Of a DNA stretch of 50,971 nt, positions 40,601 through 48,330 are shown one piece after another; position 1 is the stretch's first letter; each line of letters starts with the position of its first letter. The DNA lies in NCBI GenBank assembly GCA_026987955.1, contig JALSME010000013.1:1-50971 (forward strand). The letters are read 5' to 3'. The position numbers and the translations under genes were made by a program. Below the pieces are notes generated by a model. The model had not been told where the DNA came from and searched no databases. It saw nothing but the letters and a program-made list of their open reading frames with translations. Origin of the DNA: Sulfurospirillum sp. Its GTDB lineage: Bacteria; Campylobacterota; Campylobacteria; Campylobacterales; Sulfurospirillaceae.

Positions 40601-41300
40601 CCTCCATATCTAAATTTATAAATTTATTCTCTTTCTCACCTTTAGAATTTATATATGTATATTTCTTGGCTTGAGCAAAAATTTTTGAAAGTCTCTTAAC
40701 AAACTCATCTACTGTATTTTCATATGAAACGGGATTTATCTGCGAAAAAAGTGTTGATATTTTAATTGACATATAGTCTATATTTGGATTTGTCAGTATA
40801 TCAATATACTTTTCGATTCTCTCTTGTGCCTCTTTTTCTCCTAAAACAACCTCACCTATCATATTGATGTTGATTCGAGTACCTTCAGAGTGTCTTTTTT
40901 GGATATGTGCGTTTAAAAGATCATCTTCTCCTTTCAAAACTACAGTATCTGTATCATCTCTTACGCTTTTTATAAACAAAGGTACAGATATATCAGGAAG
41001 ATAAATACCAATATTCCTAAACAAAAATATTAGGAATTTTTCGGGAGTTGAGAAGAAAGTTGCCATTCCATACTTTGAAAATATATATTCAACCTGATCA
41101 GCAACTCTTGCACAGTTTTTAGTTCTAAAACTTTGATCCATTAGATCTATCAAAAGAACTTTATCCATAGGTCGAGCAAACATTTTCTTCATCTTAGCAT
41201 GGAATTTTTTCTCAAAATTTGTTATTTTATCCGCTGCTCTTATTTGCCATTTTTCTGCCAATTCAATGGCACGATTCATTACTACTGTATTGTTTTCCAT
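37698..41300 (-). CDS. putA: bifunctional proline dehydrogenase / P5C dehydrogenase
   Basis: NLDMEE, IRLVKGAN, ASHN, YLVRRFDEN; PWNFP, AETGGK, SGQKCSA, ELFGP. Confidence 0.96.
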   Translation of the reverse strand: MENNTVVMNRAIELAEKWQIRAADKITNFEKKFHAKMKKMFARPMDKVLLIDLMDQSFRTKNCARVADQVEYIFSKYGMATFFSTPEKFLIFLFRNIGIYLPDISVPLFIKSVRDDTDTVVLKGEDDLLNAHIQKRHSEGTRININMIGEVVLGEKEAQERIEKYIDILTNPNIDYMSIKISTLFSQINPVSYENTVDEFVKRLSKIFAQAKKYTYINSKGEKENKFINLDMEEYRDLSLTVETFKRVLDKPEFKDFKAGIVLQAYLPDSHLWQVKLTDWAKNRVKNGGAPIKIRLVKGANMEMEQTEAELKHWVTCPYTKKIDTDSNYKVMLEYALKPENAPFVNLGVASHNLFELAYGYETAKENGVMEHFSMEMLEGMSESARVAIKELSGEVILYGPAAKKEQFTNAIAYLVRRFDENTGKENFIRYSFGLEAGSGDWEMLKQKFIDSFENKKNLFIGAKRTQDRLSENWDNYKGGSFYTKEYHGEPDTDFILPPNKQWAKNIRTKWMKKKDDEVTTVPVVVGGEELISEREVKDVLDKSQLKDGVVCGRYTIPSAEDLEHAVEIAANDPDGWRSATHEYRHEMLCKVANEVRKKRLDLIGVASAEVGKVITETDVEVSEAIDFLEFYGHSAEYFNSFENLKFKGRGVGVITPPWNFPIAIPVGGITAALAAGNTVIVKPASVAALCAYELCKCYWDAGISKNVLQFCPAPGSLAGKHLIDNPKVDFVILTGGEDTAYAMLKSRPDLYLTAETGGKDATIVTAMADREQAIKNVVASAFNNSGQKCSATSLLVLEEEVYNDEGFKSALKDAAQSLEVGSVWNYVNRIGTLANKVEGNLKKAINTLESGEEWLLKPTYAEENEYMMKPAIKWGVKDGSFCHMNELFGPLLSVMCAKDLKHAIELVNKTGYGLTSGIESLDARETDYWREHLKAGNLYINRGTTGAIVLRQPFGGMGKSAIGAGRKAGAYSYVTQFMDFEEIAAPKIDKVYFHPLVDIVKDWSKQTEKGIHKDFREDISKLSVALQSYLKNFKEEFDKEHDYFKLRGEDNVFRYIPLERVAIRVTKSDNLFEVMSRIIAAKVSGVSLHISIDATLENNVVLFLYENKDKLLNITDNIVRESEDEFVKCFKKVDRLIYSDISKVSKKVFKEAAKLAKFIVRAKPMMEGRLELLNYFEEQSISHSYHRYGNLGVRALEED

Positions 41301-41361
41301 TTTTTATCCTTAAAGTAGTACTACTAAAAGTAGTACTTTTCATAAATCTTAGAAATTATGC

Positions 41362-41394
41362 AAAAAAAACCGTTTGTCACTCAAGACAAACGGT
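41362..41394 (-). terminator. intrinsic terminator after livF
   Basis: ACCGTTTGTC...GACAAACGGT stem plus T-run on minus strand. Confidence 0.85.
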
Positions 41395-41408
41395 CTATCT
41401 ACTAAACT

Positions 41409-42122
41409 CTACTTTTTTTTACCTAAATAGGCCTCTTGAATAACAGTTGAATTCAACAGCTCTTTACTTGTTCCTTCATGTGTTATTTTTCCCAATTCTA
41501 AAACATATCCCCTATCTGCCAACTTCAAAGCTGCTTTTGCATTTTGTTCCACTAGCAAAACTGTAACTCCTGTTGAGCTAATCTCCTTAATTGCTTTAAA
41601 AATACTCTTTACCAAAACAGGAGCAAGTCCTAGGCTTGGCTCATCTAGTATTAGCAATTTAGGTTTACTCATAATAGCTCTTCCAATTGCAAGCATCTGC
41701 TGTTCTCCACCACTTAAAGTTCCTGCTAGCTGCTGCTCACGCTCTTTAAGTCTAGGTAGTATCTCATATATCCATTCCAATGTTTTTATATCATGAGTCT
41801 TTAGTGTATATGCCCCCATAAGAAGATTTTCTTCAACGCTAAGTGTTCCAAAAACTTTTCGTCCCTCAGGAGAGTGACTCATACCAAGTCTAACTATATC
41901 ATGAGCTGGAACTTTTGTGATTTCTTGTCCATCAAAAAGTATATTGCCTTTTGTTGATTTTAAAAGACCACTGATTGTTCTTAGCGTAGTTGTCTTACCA
42001 GCACCATTTGCTCCAAGAATCGTAACAACTTCACCCTTGTTTACATACAAATCAATGCCTTTTATAGCTTTTATTGCACCATAACCTACATGTAAGTCTT
42101 TTACTTCTAGTAGTTTACTCAT
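41409..42122 (-). CDS. livF: HAAT (liv-type) ABC ATPase
   Basis: GANGAGKTT, PEGR, LSGGEQQM, LDEPSLGLAP. Confidence 0.93.
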   Translation of the reverse strand: MSKLLEVKDLHVGYGAIKAIKGIDLYVNKGEVVTILGANGAGKTTTLRTISGLLKSTKGNILFDGQEITKVPAHDIVRLGMSHSPEGRKVFGTLSVEENLLMGAYTLKTHDIKTLEWIYEILPRLKEREQQLAGTLSGGEQQMLAIGRAIMSKPKLLILDEPSLGLAPVLVKSIFKAIKEISSTGVTVLLVEQNAKAALKLADRGYVLELGKITHEGTSKELLNSTVIQEAYLGKKK

Positions 42123-42904
42123 GATTCATCCTCATCTTCATCTTCTATACCTATATATGCTTCGATGACTGCTGGGTTATCTTGAACATCTGCTGCAACA
42201 CCATCACAAATCCATGCACCAAAGTTAATAACAGTCATATATTCACAAAGATTCATTACCATATCCATATCATGCTCTATCATCATGATAGTAACACCCA
42301 TCGCTTGAATCTTACGGATAATATCTGCTAACTCTTTTGTCTCATTTTCATTCAATCCTGCTGCTGGCTCATCAAGTATAAGAAGTTCAGGCTCAGCAGC
42401 TAATGCTCTTGCCATCTCAATCTTTCTTTGAAGTCCATATGAGAGATCACCTGCTGGAGTTGTTGCATAATCACTAAGTCCAAAAAGTTCCATATACTCA
42501 CCAACTTTTTCCCAATTTTTTCTCTCATCTTTATAGTAAGCAGGTGTTGGGATGATTCCGTTGTACCATTTTTGAGTTGATTTTATGTGGCGACCCGACA
42601 TGATATTTTCAGCCACACTCATCTCTGCAAATAGTCTAATAGTCTGAAATGTTCTTAAGATTCCGAGCTCTGCAATCTTATGTGGGGGAGTACCTTTGAT
42701 CTCTTTTCCATGCCAAAGTATTTCACCCTCTTCTGGAGTATATATACCTGTAATGCAGTTGAAAAGTGTAGTTTTACCTGCACCATTTGGTCCAATGATT
42801 CCATAAATCTGACCCTTTTTAACTCTTAAGTTAAGAGAATCTATAGCAGTCAAACCAGAGAAAAATTTTGATACATTTTTAATCTCTAAAAGATACTGAC
42901 TCAT
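42119..42904 (-). CDS. livG: HAAT ABC ATPase
   Basis: GPNGAGKTT, RTFQ, LDEPAAG, VIEAYIG. Confidence 0.93.
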   Translation of the reverse strand: MSQYLLEIKNVSKFFSGLTAIDSLNLRVKKGQIYGIIGPNGAGKTTLFNCITGIYTPEEGEILWHGKEIKGTPPHKIAELGILRTFQTIRLFAEMSVAENIMSGRHIKSTQKWYNGIIPTPAYYKDERKNWEKVGEYMELFGLSDYATTPAGDLSYGLQRKIEMARALAAEPELLILDEPAAGLNENETKELADIIRKIQAMGVTIMMIEHDMDMVMNLCEYMTVINFGAWICDGVAADVQDNPAVIEAYIGIEDEDEDES

Positions 42905-43848
42905 TTTTTCCCCTTTTTAAGGTAAGAAGGTATGTTTCCAAACTTTACTGGCCAGATTCCACGAGGTCTTAAAATCATTGTTAAAATCATAGCAAGTCCA
43001 AATACTAAATAACGAGCTGTTTCAAACTCACGAAAGATTTCAGGAAGCACAAACATAACAAATGTACCCAAAAGTACTCCAGGAAGTGATGCTGAACCAC
43101 CAACCAAAACAATAGTAAAAAACATAATTGATTGAAGTACATTAAATGCTTCTGGGCTAACTGCTGAGTATTGCACAGAAAACATACTACCTGCAGCTCC
43201 TGCAATTCCTGCACCTATAGCAAATGCATACAACTTGTAATAGCGTATATCTATACCCATACTCTGAGCCGCTACATCATCTTTATTTATATAGAACATC
43301 GCACGACCAAATTTACTGCCATCTAGTGTTTTCATAATAAATAGAGTAATCCCTAAAAGTATAAGTGCCATGTAGTACATATCTATCTGTTCAAAAAATT
43401 CATGTCCAAATAACCTAACTACATCTATGCCAAATATACCATTTGGACCGCCAGTAAGTCCAAATAAATCATTTTCTAATATCTGTAAAAATATAATATT
43501 TATACCAATAGTAGTAACCAATAAATAGTCACCCCTTAGATGAATAATTGGAGCTGTTGTTAAAAGAGCAATGACCATAGGAATTATTACTGCTGGTGCC
43601 CATGTTGCCAAAATTGGCCATCCAAAATGTGTATTTAAAATTGCAGTTGTATATGCTCCAAGTCCAAAAAATGCAGCATGACCCATATGAAATGCTCCAG
43701 CTCGCCCAAGAATAATATCTTGAGAAAAAGCTACCACTGAGAAAACTAGAAATGTAGTACCTACAGCAAGCCAAGCAGAATCAGCAACAAATGGGAAAAT
43801 ACCCATAATCAAAAGAAAACCAAGTGAAATCATATTTGTTCTATTCAT
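42901..43848 (-). CDS. livM: HAAT ABC permease
   Basis: GHAAFFGLGAY, LRGDY, TGGPNG. Confidence 0.9.
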   Translation of the reverse strand: MNRTNMISLGFLLIMGIFPFVADSAWLAVGTTFLVFSVVAFSQDIILGRAGAFHMGHAAFFGLGAYTTAILNTHFGWPILATWAPAVIIPMVIALLTTAPIIHLRGDYLLVTTIGINIIFLQILENDLFGLTGGPNGIFGIDVVRLFGHEFFEQIDMYYMALILLGITLFIMKTLDGSKFGRAMFYINKDDVAAQSMGIDIRYYKLYAFAIGAGIAGAAGSMFSVQYSAVSPEAFNVLQSIMFFTIVLVGGSASLPGVLLGTFVMFVLPEIFREFETARYLVFGLAMILTMILRPRGIWPVKFGNIPSYLKKGKK

Positions 43849-43942
43849 CTTAAGGCCTCCTTACTTTGCAAACAAGTTCTCGAAGAGATTGATAGCACTA
43901 AAGCTTCTCTCCTAAAGAGAGTAAAATTCAATAAATTTTTCA

Positions 43943-44845
43943 TCATACCTTCTCCGCCACTTTTTCACCAAGTATGCCTGTTGGTCTAAAAATAAGAACA
44001 ACAATCAACAGCATAAATGTAAATGTCTCAGCCCAGGCACTAGATATATAACCACTAATAAGTGCATTAAACAATCCTAGCATCAAACCACCAAACATAG
44101 CACCAGGTATATTACCAATACCGCCAATAATAGCAGCTACAAATGCACTAAGCCCATACATCCAACCCATGTCAAAAGTTATTCCTCTATAATATATACC
44201 AATAAACAGACCAGCAACTGCCCCTAAAGCGGAACCAATTATAAAAATAATCATAATAATTCTGTTTACATTAATTCCCATTAACTTTGCAGCATCTTGG
44301 TCAATTGCAACTGCACGAATTGCTGTACCCATTTTTGTTTTATTAATAAAAAGGTAAAGAGCAATCATCAGTACAGATGAAAAAAGTAGTATCATAAGTT
44401 GAGTAAATGTTACAACTACACCATTGATATCGTATACAGTAGATGGAAACAAATCTGAAGGGAAAATCTTCATATTTGGTCCCCAAATCAACATAATGGC
44501 GTTTTGTATAACAAGTCCAGCTCCTAAAGCAGAAACAACAGCACTAAGGCGTGGTGCCGTTCGTAAAGGCCTATAGGCAAGGCGTTCAAGAAGAACACCA
44601 ACAACTGCAATAATTGCTGCTGTGAACATAAACACAGTAATAACGGCTACCATAGAAGTACCGCCATCAGCAAACATGCTAGTATAAATAGTAAGTCCTG
44701 CAAAGGCTGACAAGGCCACGAGGTCTCCGTGGGCAAAGTTTATTAACTTCATTACCCCGTAGACCATCGTATAACCAAGTGCGACCAAAGCATACAAACT
44801 TCCTACTGTCAAACCATTGACAATTTGTTGAAGAAATATATCCAT
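43943..44845 (-). CDS. livH: HAAT ABC permease
   Basis: YALVALGYTMVYG, INFAHG, GGIGNIPGA, RPTG. Confidence 0.92.
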   Translation of the reverse strand: MDIFLQQIVNGLTVGSLYALVALGYTMVYGVMKLINFAHGDLVALSAFAGLTIYTSMFADGGTSMVAVITVFMFTAAIIAVVGVLLERLAYRPLRTAPRLSAVVSALGAGLVIQNAIMLIWGPNMKIFPSDLFPSTVYDINGVVVTFTQLMILLFSSVLMIALYLFINKTKMGTAIRAVAIDQDAAKLMGINVNRIIMIIFIIGSALGAVAGLFIGIYYRGITFDMGWMYGLSAFVAAIIGGIGNIPGAMFGGLMLGLFNALISGYISSAWAETFTFMLLIVVLIFRPTGILGEKVAEKV

Positions 44846-44870
44846 TGTTCTGCTTTCTCTCTTTCTTTAT

Positions 44871-45995
44871 TTACTTATTTATGATTTTGTATTTGCCATT
44901 TGCTTGAATTTCATAAACATTAAATTTAGTGTTAATTCTCTCTCCATCTTCTCTAAAAGATATAGGACCTGTTATTCCTGGAAAATCTCTTAAAGTATGT
45001 AAATAATCACTAATTTTTTTAGTATCTAAACTATTTGTCTCTTTCGCTGCATGAAGAATAGCATTAAGCCCATCAACATTCATAAGTGCCCATACTGAAG
45101 ATGGAGCTTTACCATACTTAGCTGTATAGTCTTTCATAAATACTTTTGCAGCATCATATGGTAGAAAATCTGGTGTTGGAAAGTTTACAAGTAGCGTACC
45201 TTCTGCACTTTTTCCTGCAAGTTTTATAAAATCTGGGTTATCATTTGAATCGCCACCAATAAAATCAGCTTTTATGCCAAGCTGAATTTGCTGAGCACGA
45301 AGAAGTCCGCCATCAGTATAGTAACCACTAAAGTATATAGCATCTGGTTTCATTGATTTAATTTTAGTTAAAACTGCTGTAAAGTTTTGAGTTCCTGATT
45401 TAATCTTTCCTTGATAAATTACATTCCCACCTTCTGCTTTAATAGCTTTGACAGCAGAATTAGCTAAACCAACAGCATAGCTAGAGTAGTCTGAAATAAC
45501 AACAATTTTTTTGTAACCTTTTTCATTAACTAAGTATTTCGCTGTAAAATCTGCTTGAGCTGAGTTTTGAAAAGAGTTTCTAAAAAAAGTCCAATACTTA
45601 TGCTTTGTTAAACTATCACTTGTTCCATCACTTGTTTGAAGTGTTTTATTTCTATAGTATGTAGTCTGAGCTGCTTCTGTTGCTCCTGAAGTATATGATC
45701 CTATAACTGCTAAAACACCTTCATTTACAAGTTTTCTTGCACATATTGCTGCTTTTTGAGCTACACCTTCATCATCACAACTAACTACTTCCACTTTTTT
45801 TCCTAAAAGTCCTCCATTGGCATTTAGTTGCTCAATAACAAGTCTAACACCGTTATCGATACTCTGTCCCTCATTTGCATACTTACCAGTAATAGGTGCT
45901 TGAACACCAATCTTAACAACATCTGCTGCACTTCCTGCAGTAACTAATAAGGCACATACTGCAACTGACGCTGCAACTTTTGGTAATATTCTCAT
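44871..45995 (-). CDS. livJ: HAAT periplasmic amino-acid binding protein (start MRILPK)
   Basis: signal peptide, KIGVQAPITG, NANGGLLG, PGITGPISF; AAAGGAG RBS. Confidence 0.88.
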   Translation of the reverse strand: MRILPKVAASVAVCALLVTAGSAADVVKIGVQAPITGKYANEGQSIDNGVRLVIEQLNANGGLLGKKVEVVSCDDEGVAQKAAICARKLVNEGVLAVIGSYTSGATEAAQTTYYRNKTLQTSDGTSDSLTKHKYWTFFRNSFQNSAQADFTAKYLVNEKGYKKIVVISDYSSYAVGLANSAVKAIKAEGGNVIYQGKIKSGTQNFTAVLTKIKSMKPDAIYFSGYYTDGGLLRAQQIQLGIKADFIGGDSNDNPDFIKLAGKSAEGTLLVNFPTPDFLPYDAAKVFMKDYTAKYGKAPSSVWALMNVDGLNAILHAAKETNSLDTKKISDYLHTLRDFPGITGPISFREDGERINTKFNVYEIQANGKYKIINK

Positions 45996-46017
45996 ATTTT
46001 CTCCTTTGAAAATTTTA

Positions 46018-46178
46018 GGGCACATCTAAAAACCCTTATGCCCGCAGGGAGTCAAAGAGAGAGACAATCTTGCACAGAATTTTTCATCGCCATAGCTAAG
46101 GCTATGACTCAAAAAAACTTATGCACAATCTTACCTCTCTCTTTTACTCTGAGGATATAAGGGTTTTTAGAGGTGCCC
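46018..46178. mobile_element. 161-bp fold-back MITE-like element
   Basis: 26-bp terminal inverted repeats GGGCAC(A/C)TCTAAAAACCCTTAT..CC, TTTA on both flanks, inner arms also complementary. Confidence 0.8.
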
Positions 46179-46215
46179 TTTATTAAAGCTACTCTACATG
46201 TAGACTTAATAAAGC

Positions 46216-46860
46216 TTACTTTTTTTGGACTATATAACAGCCTACTAGCCACTCTCCACTACCTTCAATCTTGTGAATTTTACTACTAACAAAGTTTGAC
46301 TTTAAAGATGGAAACTTTTTTATAACAACATTAAAGCTTTTAATCAAATCTGGTATTCTCTTTTCTAGTTTTTTTCTTGCATTTTGTGATAAATCAGAAT
46401 AAAAACTAAAAAGCCCATACTCTAGAGAAGTTTTACAATCTAGCATCTTGCAAATAACTTCTATGTTATCTAAATACTCTAGTTTTGAATTTCTAACTCC
46501 ATTCTTCACAGATATTATGACTTTTGAAATAGAATCTTCATTATCTTGATGTTCAAATCTTTCATCTAAAGTTATACTAAATGTACCCTGTTTTAACTTT
46601 CTATTTTTCATATATGTAGTATATGCATTTCTATCTGGCAAGGAACACCTCAAAATATCTCCTATAGTGGCATCTATAAAAATCTCTGGAGCATTTCTCA
46701 TTGCTGCAATCTCTTGAGCAATATGAATAGAGATTATCTTATCAGGTCCATGTGATAAAAAAAGTCTGTCATTTGTCCAGTTAAGAAAATTTTGTACTGA
46801 TTTAGTCATTCCTGACAAAACTGCACTAACAATCTGTTTCTGGTCTGGAAATTTAGTCAT
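46216..46860 (-). CDS. hypothetical protein (start MTKFPD)
   Basis: 214-aa ORF whose start overlaps the stop of the upstream gene. Confidence 0.75.
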   Translation of the reverse strand: MTKFPDQKQIVSAVLSGMTKSVQNFLNWTNDRLFLSHGPDKIISIHIAQEIAAMRNAPEIFIDATIGDILRCSLPDRNAYTTYMKNRKLKQGTFSITLDERFEHQDNEDSISKVIISVKNGVRNSKLEYLDNIEVICKMLDCKTSLEYGLFSFYSDLSQNARKKLEKRIPDLIKSFNVVIKKFPSLKSNFVSSKIHKIEGSGEWLVGCYIVQKK

Positions 46861-47074
46861 GATAATTTTCCTCAACTTCCTCTACTATACCACTCTCAAA
46901 TAAAATGTCTTCTATAAGTCTGTTTTTTGATATATTTAACGAATTAGAAAGTTTACTAAGAGCATCATCTAGCTTAGAGTCTATTTTTATTGTCAACTGA
47001 GATATTTGTCGTTTTTTTCTACTCTTTTCAATAACACTCTTAATAATTTCATTGCCAAATTTTTGTTTTGCCAA
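46853..47074 (-). CDS. ribbon-helix-helix-like DNA-binding protein
   Basis: QLTIKIDSKLDDALSKLSNSLNISKNRLIEDIL strand-helix-helix pattern; TTG start with AAAGG RBS. Confidence 0.7.
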   Translation of the reverse strand: MAKQKFGNEIIKSVIEKSRKKRQISQLTIKIDSKLDDALSKLSNSLNISKNRLIEDILFESGIVEEVEENYHD

Positions 47075-47308
47075 AATATACCTTTTGCTATATTTAAAAA
47101 AAGGAATACTAAAAAAACTACCTTTTCTTTGCTAAAATATAGTATAGTTTATTGAGAGGAAACTGAAAAAAAAAATTTAAAAAGAATAAAATGTAACACT
47201 TTTCTGAAACTTTCTTAAAAAATACCCTACCTATAGGCTTTTTTCAATTAAAGTTTATTTTAATTAAAATTAAAAAAAATTCTATAATTGCTACTTTATG
47301 TAACATAC

Positions 47309-47944
47309 TTATCTAATTAAAATAAGTTTCTTACTATCTCTTTTTTTAAATTTATTATATGCAGGAAGATTTATTTTATTTATCTTTCTTTGTCTTTTGT
47401 AGTTTTCTAGCTGATAAAATCCATACTCATTAAACATAAAAACTACTTTAAGGTCTACTCTTTTATCTATTGGTAAAACTTTAGTGCTAAGATTGTCTAA
47501 AACTAAAAATGAGTTATTATGCTCTACATGTAAAGACAGTACCATATGGTCACCTCCTGTGTACTTATCTTTAACAACACTCATGTACATAGTCTTTGAA
47601 GATACACCAAGCATTTTCAAAGAATACATTTTGGCTATGACATAATCTTCACAATCTCCACTGGCATTTGAAAAAAACTCAAATGGAGTTGCCCAATACT
47701 CATCACTGCTGTAATTATAGGCATCATACTTAGGGATTATACTGTTTATATAATGATTTACTTTTTCGACTTTTGTTTTCTCATCATCATTTTTTATACT
47801 ATTTAAAAAGTCAACATAGTGTTTTATAATTTTATAGCTTCTTGAGTCTATTTTTAATTTATCTAAATAATATGGATTTATATAAAACTCTTCTGCAACT
47901 ATAGAGTTTACAAAAAAAGCCAATAAAAGTGCTATTTTAAACAT
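47309..47944 (-). CDS. transglutaminase-like cysteine peptidase (BTLCP/LapG-like)
   Basis: signal peptide, YWATPFEF, GDCEDYVIAK, HMVL, VLDN. Confidence 0.9.
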   Translation of the reverse strand: MFKIALLLAFFVNSIVAEEFYINPYYLDKLKIDSRSYKIIKHYVDFLNSIKNDDEKTKVEKVNHYINSIIPKYDAYNYSSDEYWATPFEFFSNASGDCEDYVIAKMYSLKMLGVSSKTMYMSVVKDKYTGGDHMVLSLHVEHNNSFLVLDNLSTKVLPIDKRVDLKVVFMFNEYGFYQLENYKRQRKINKINLPAYNKFKKRDSKKLILIR

Positions 47945-48068
47945 GTTTGTAGCTCCTGCTTTATATACTTAATTGACATAATTATATTACAAAAATACTG
48001 CAGCATAGTTTATTTATCAAAATCCTGCAATAAAATAATCATCAACATCATTGGACTAATACAAATAA

Positions 48069-48097
48069 TTTACAATTAATAATTTAAGTTGTATAAT
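48069..48097 (+). promoter_or_regulatory. sigma70 promoter of the cyd operon
   Basis: TTTACA-17 bp-TATAAT. Confidence 0.65.
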
Positions 48098-48102
48098 TTC
48101 AC

Positions 48103-48327
48103 ATGAATATAATCATAAATTTATTTAAAAAAGTATTTGATTTTTATGTAAGTGGATTTAAAAACATGAAAGTGGGTAAAAAACTTTGGCTTATCATAGG
48201 TATAAAGCTTTTTATCTTTATGTTTATCTTTAAAATACTTTTTTTCCCAAATCTATTAAAAGAAAAATTTGACAATGATAAAGATAGAGCAAACTTTATC
48301 ATAGATAACCTAACAAAACAGGAGTAA
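48103..48327 (+). CDS. DUF4492-like small membrane protein upstream of cydA
   Basis: FYVSGFKNMKVGKKLWLIIGIKLFIFMFIFKILFFP; position before cydA. Confidence 0.85.
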   Translation: MNIIINLFKKVFDFYVSGFKNMKVGKKLWLIIGIKLFIFMFIFKILFFPNLLKEKFDNDKDRANFIIDNLTKQE

Positions 48328-48330
48328 TAC

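Noticed and set aside
47945-48102. FNR/Crp box upstream of cyd
   Set aside because: Only ATCAA half-sites; no full TTGAT-N4-ATCAA.
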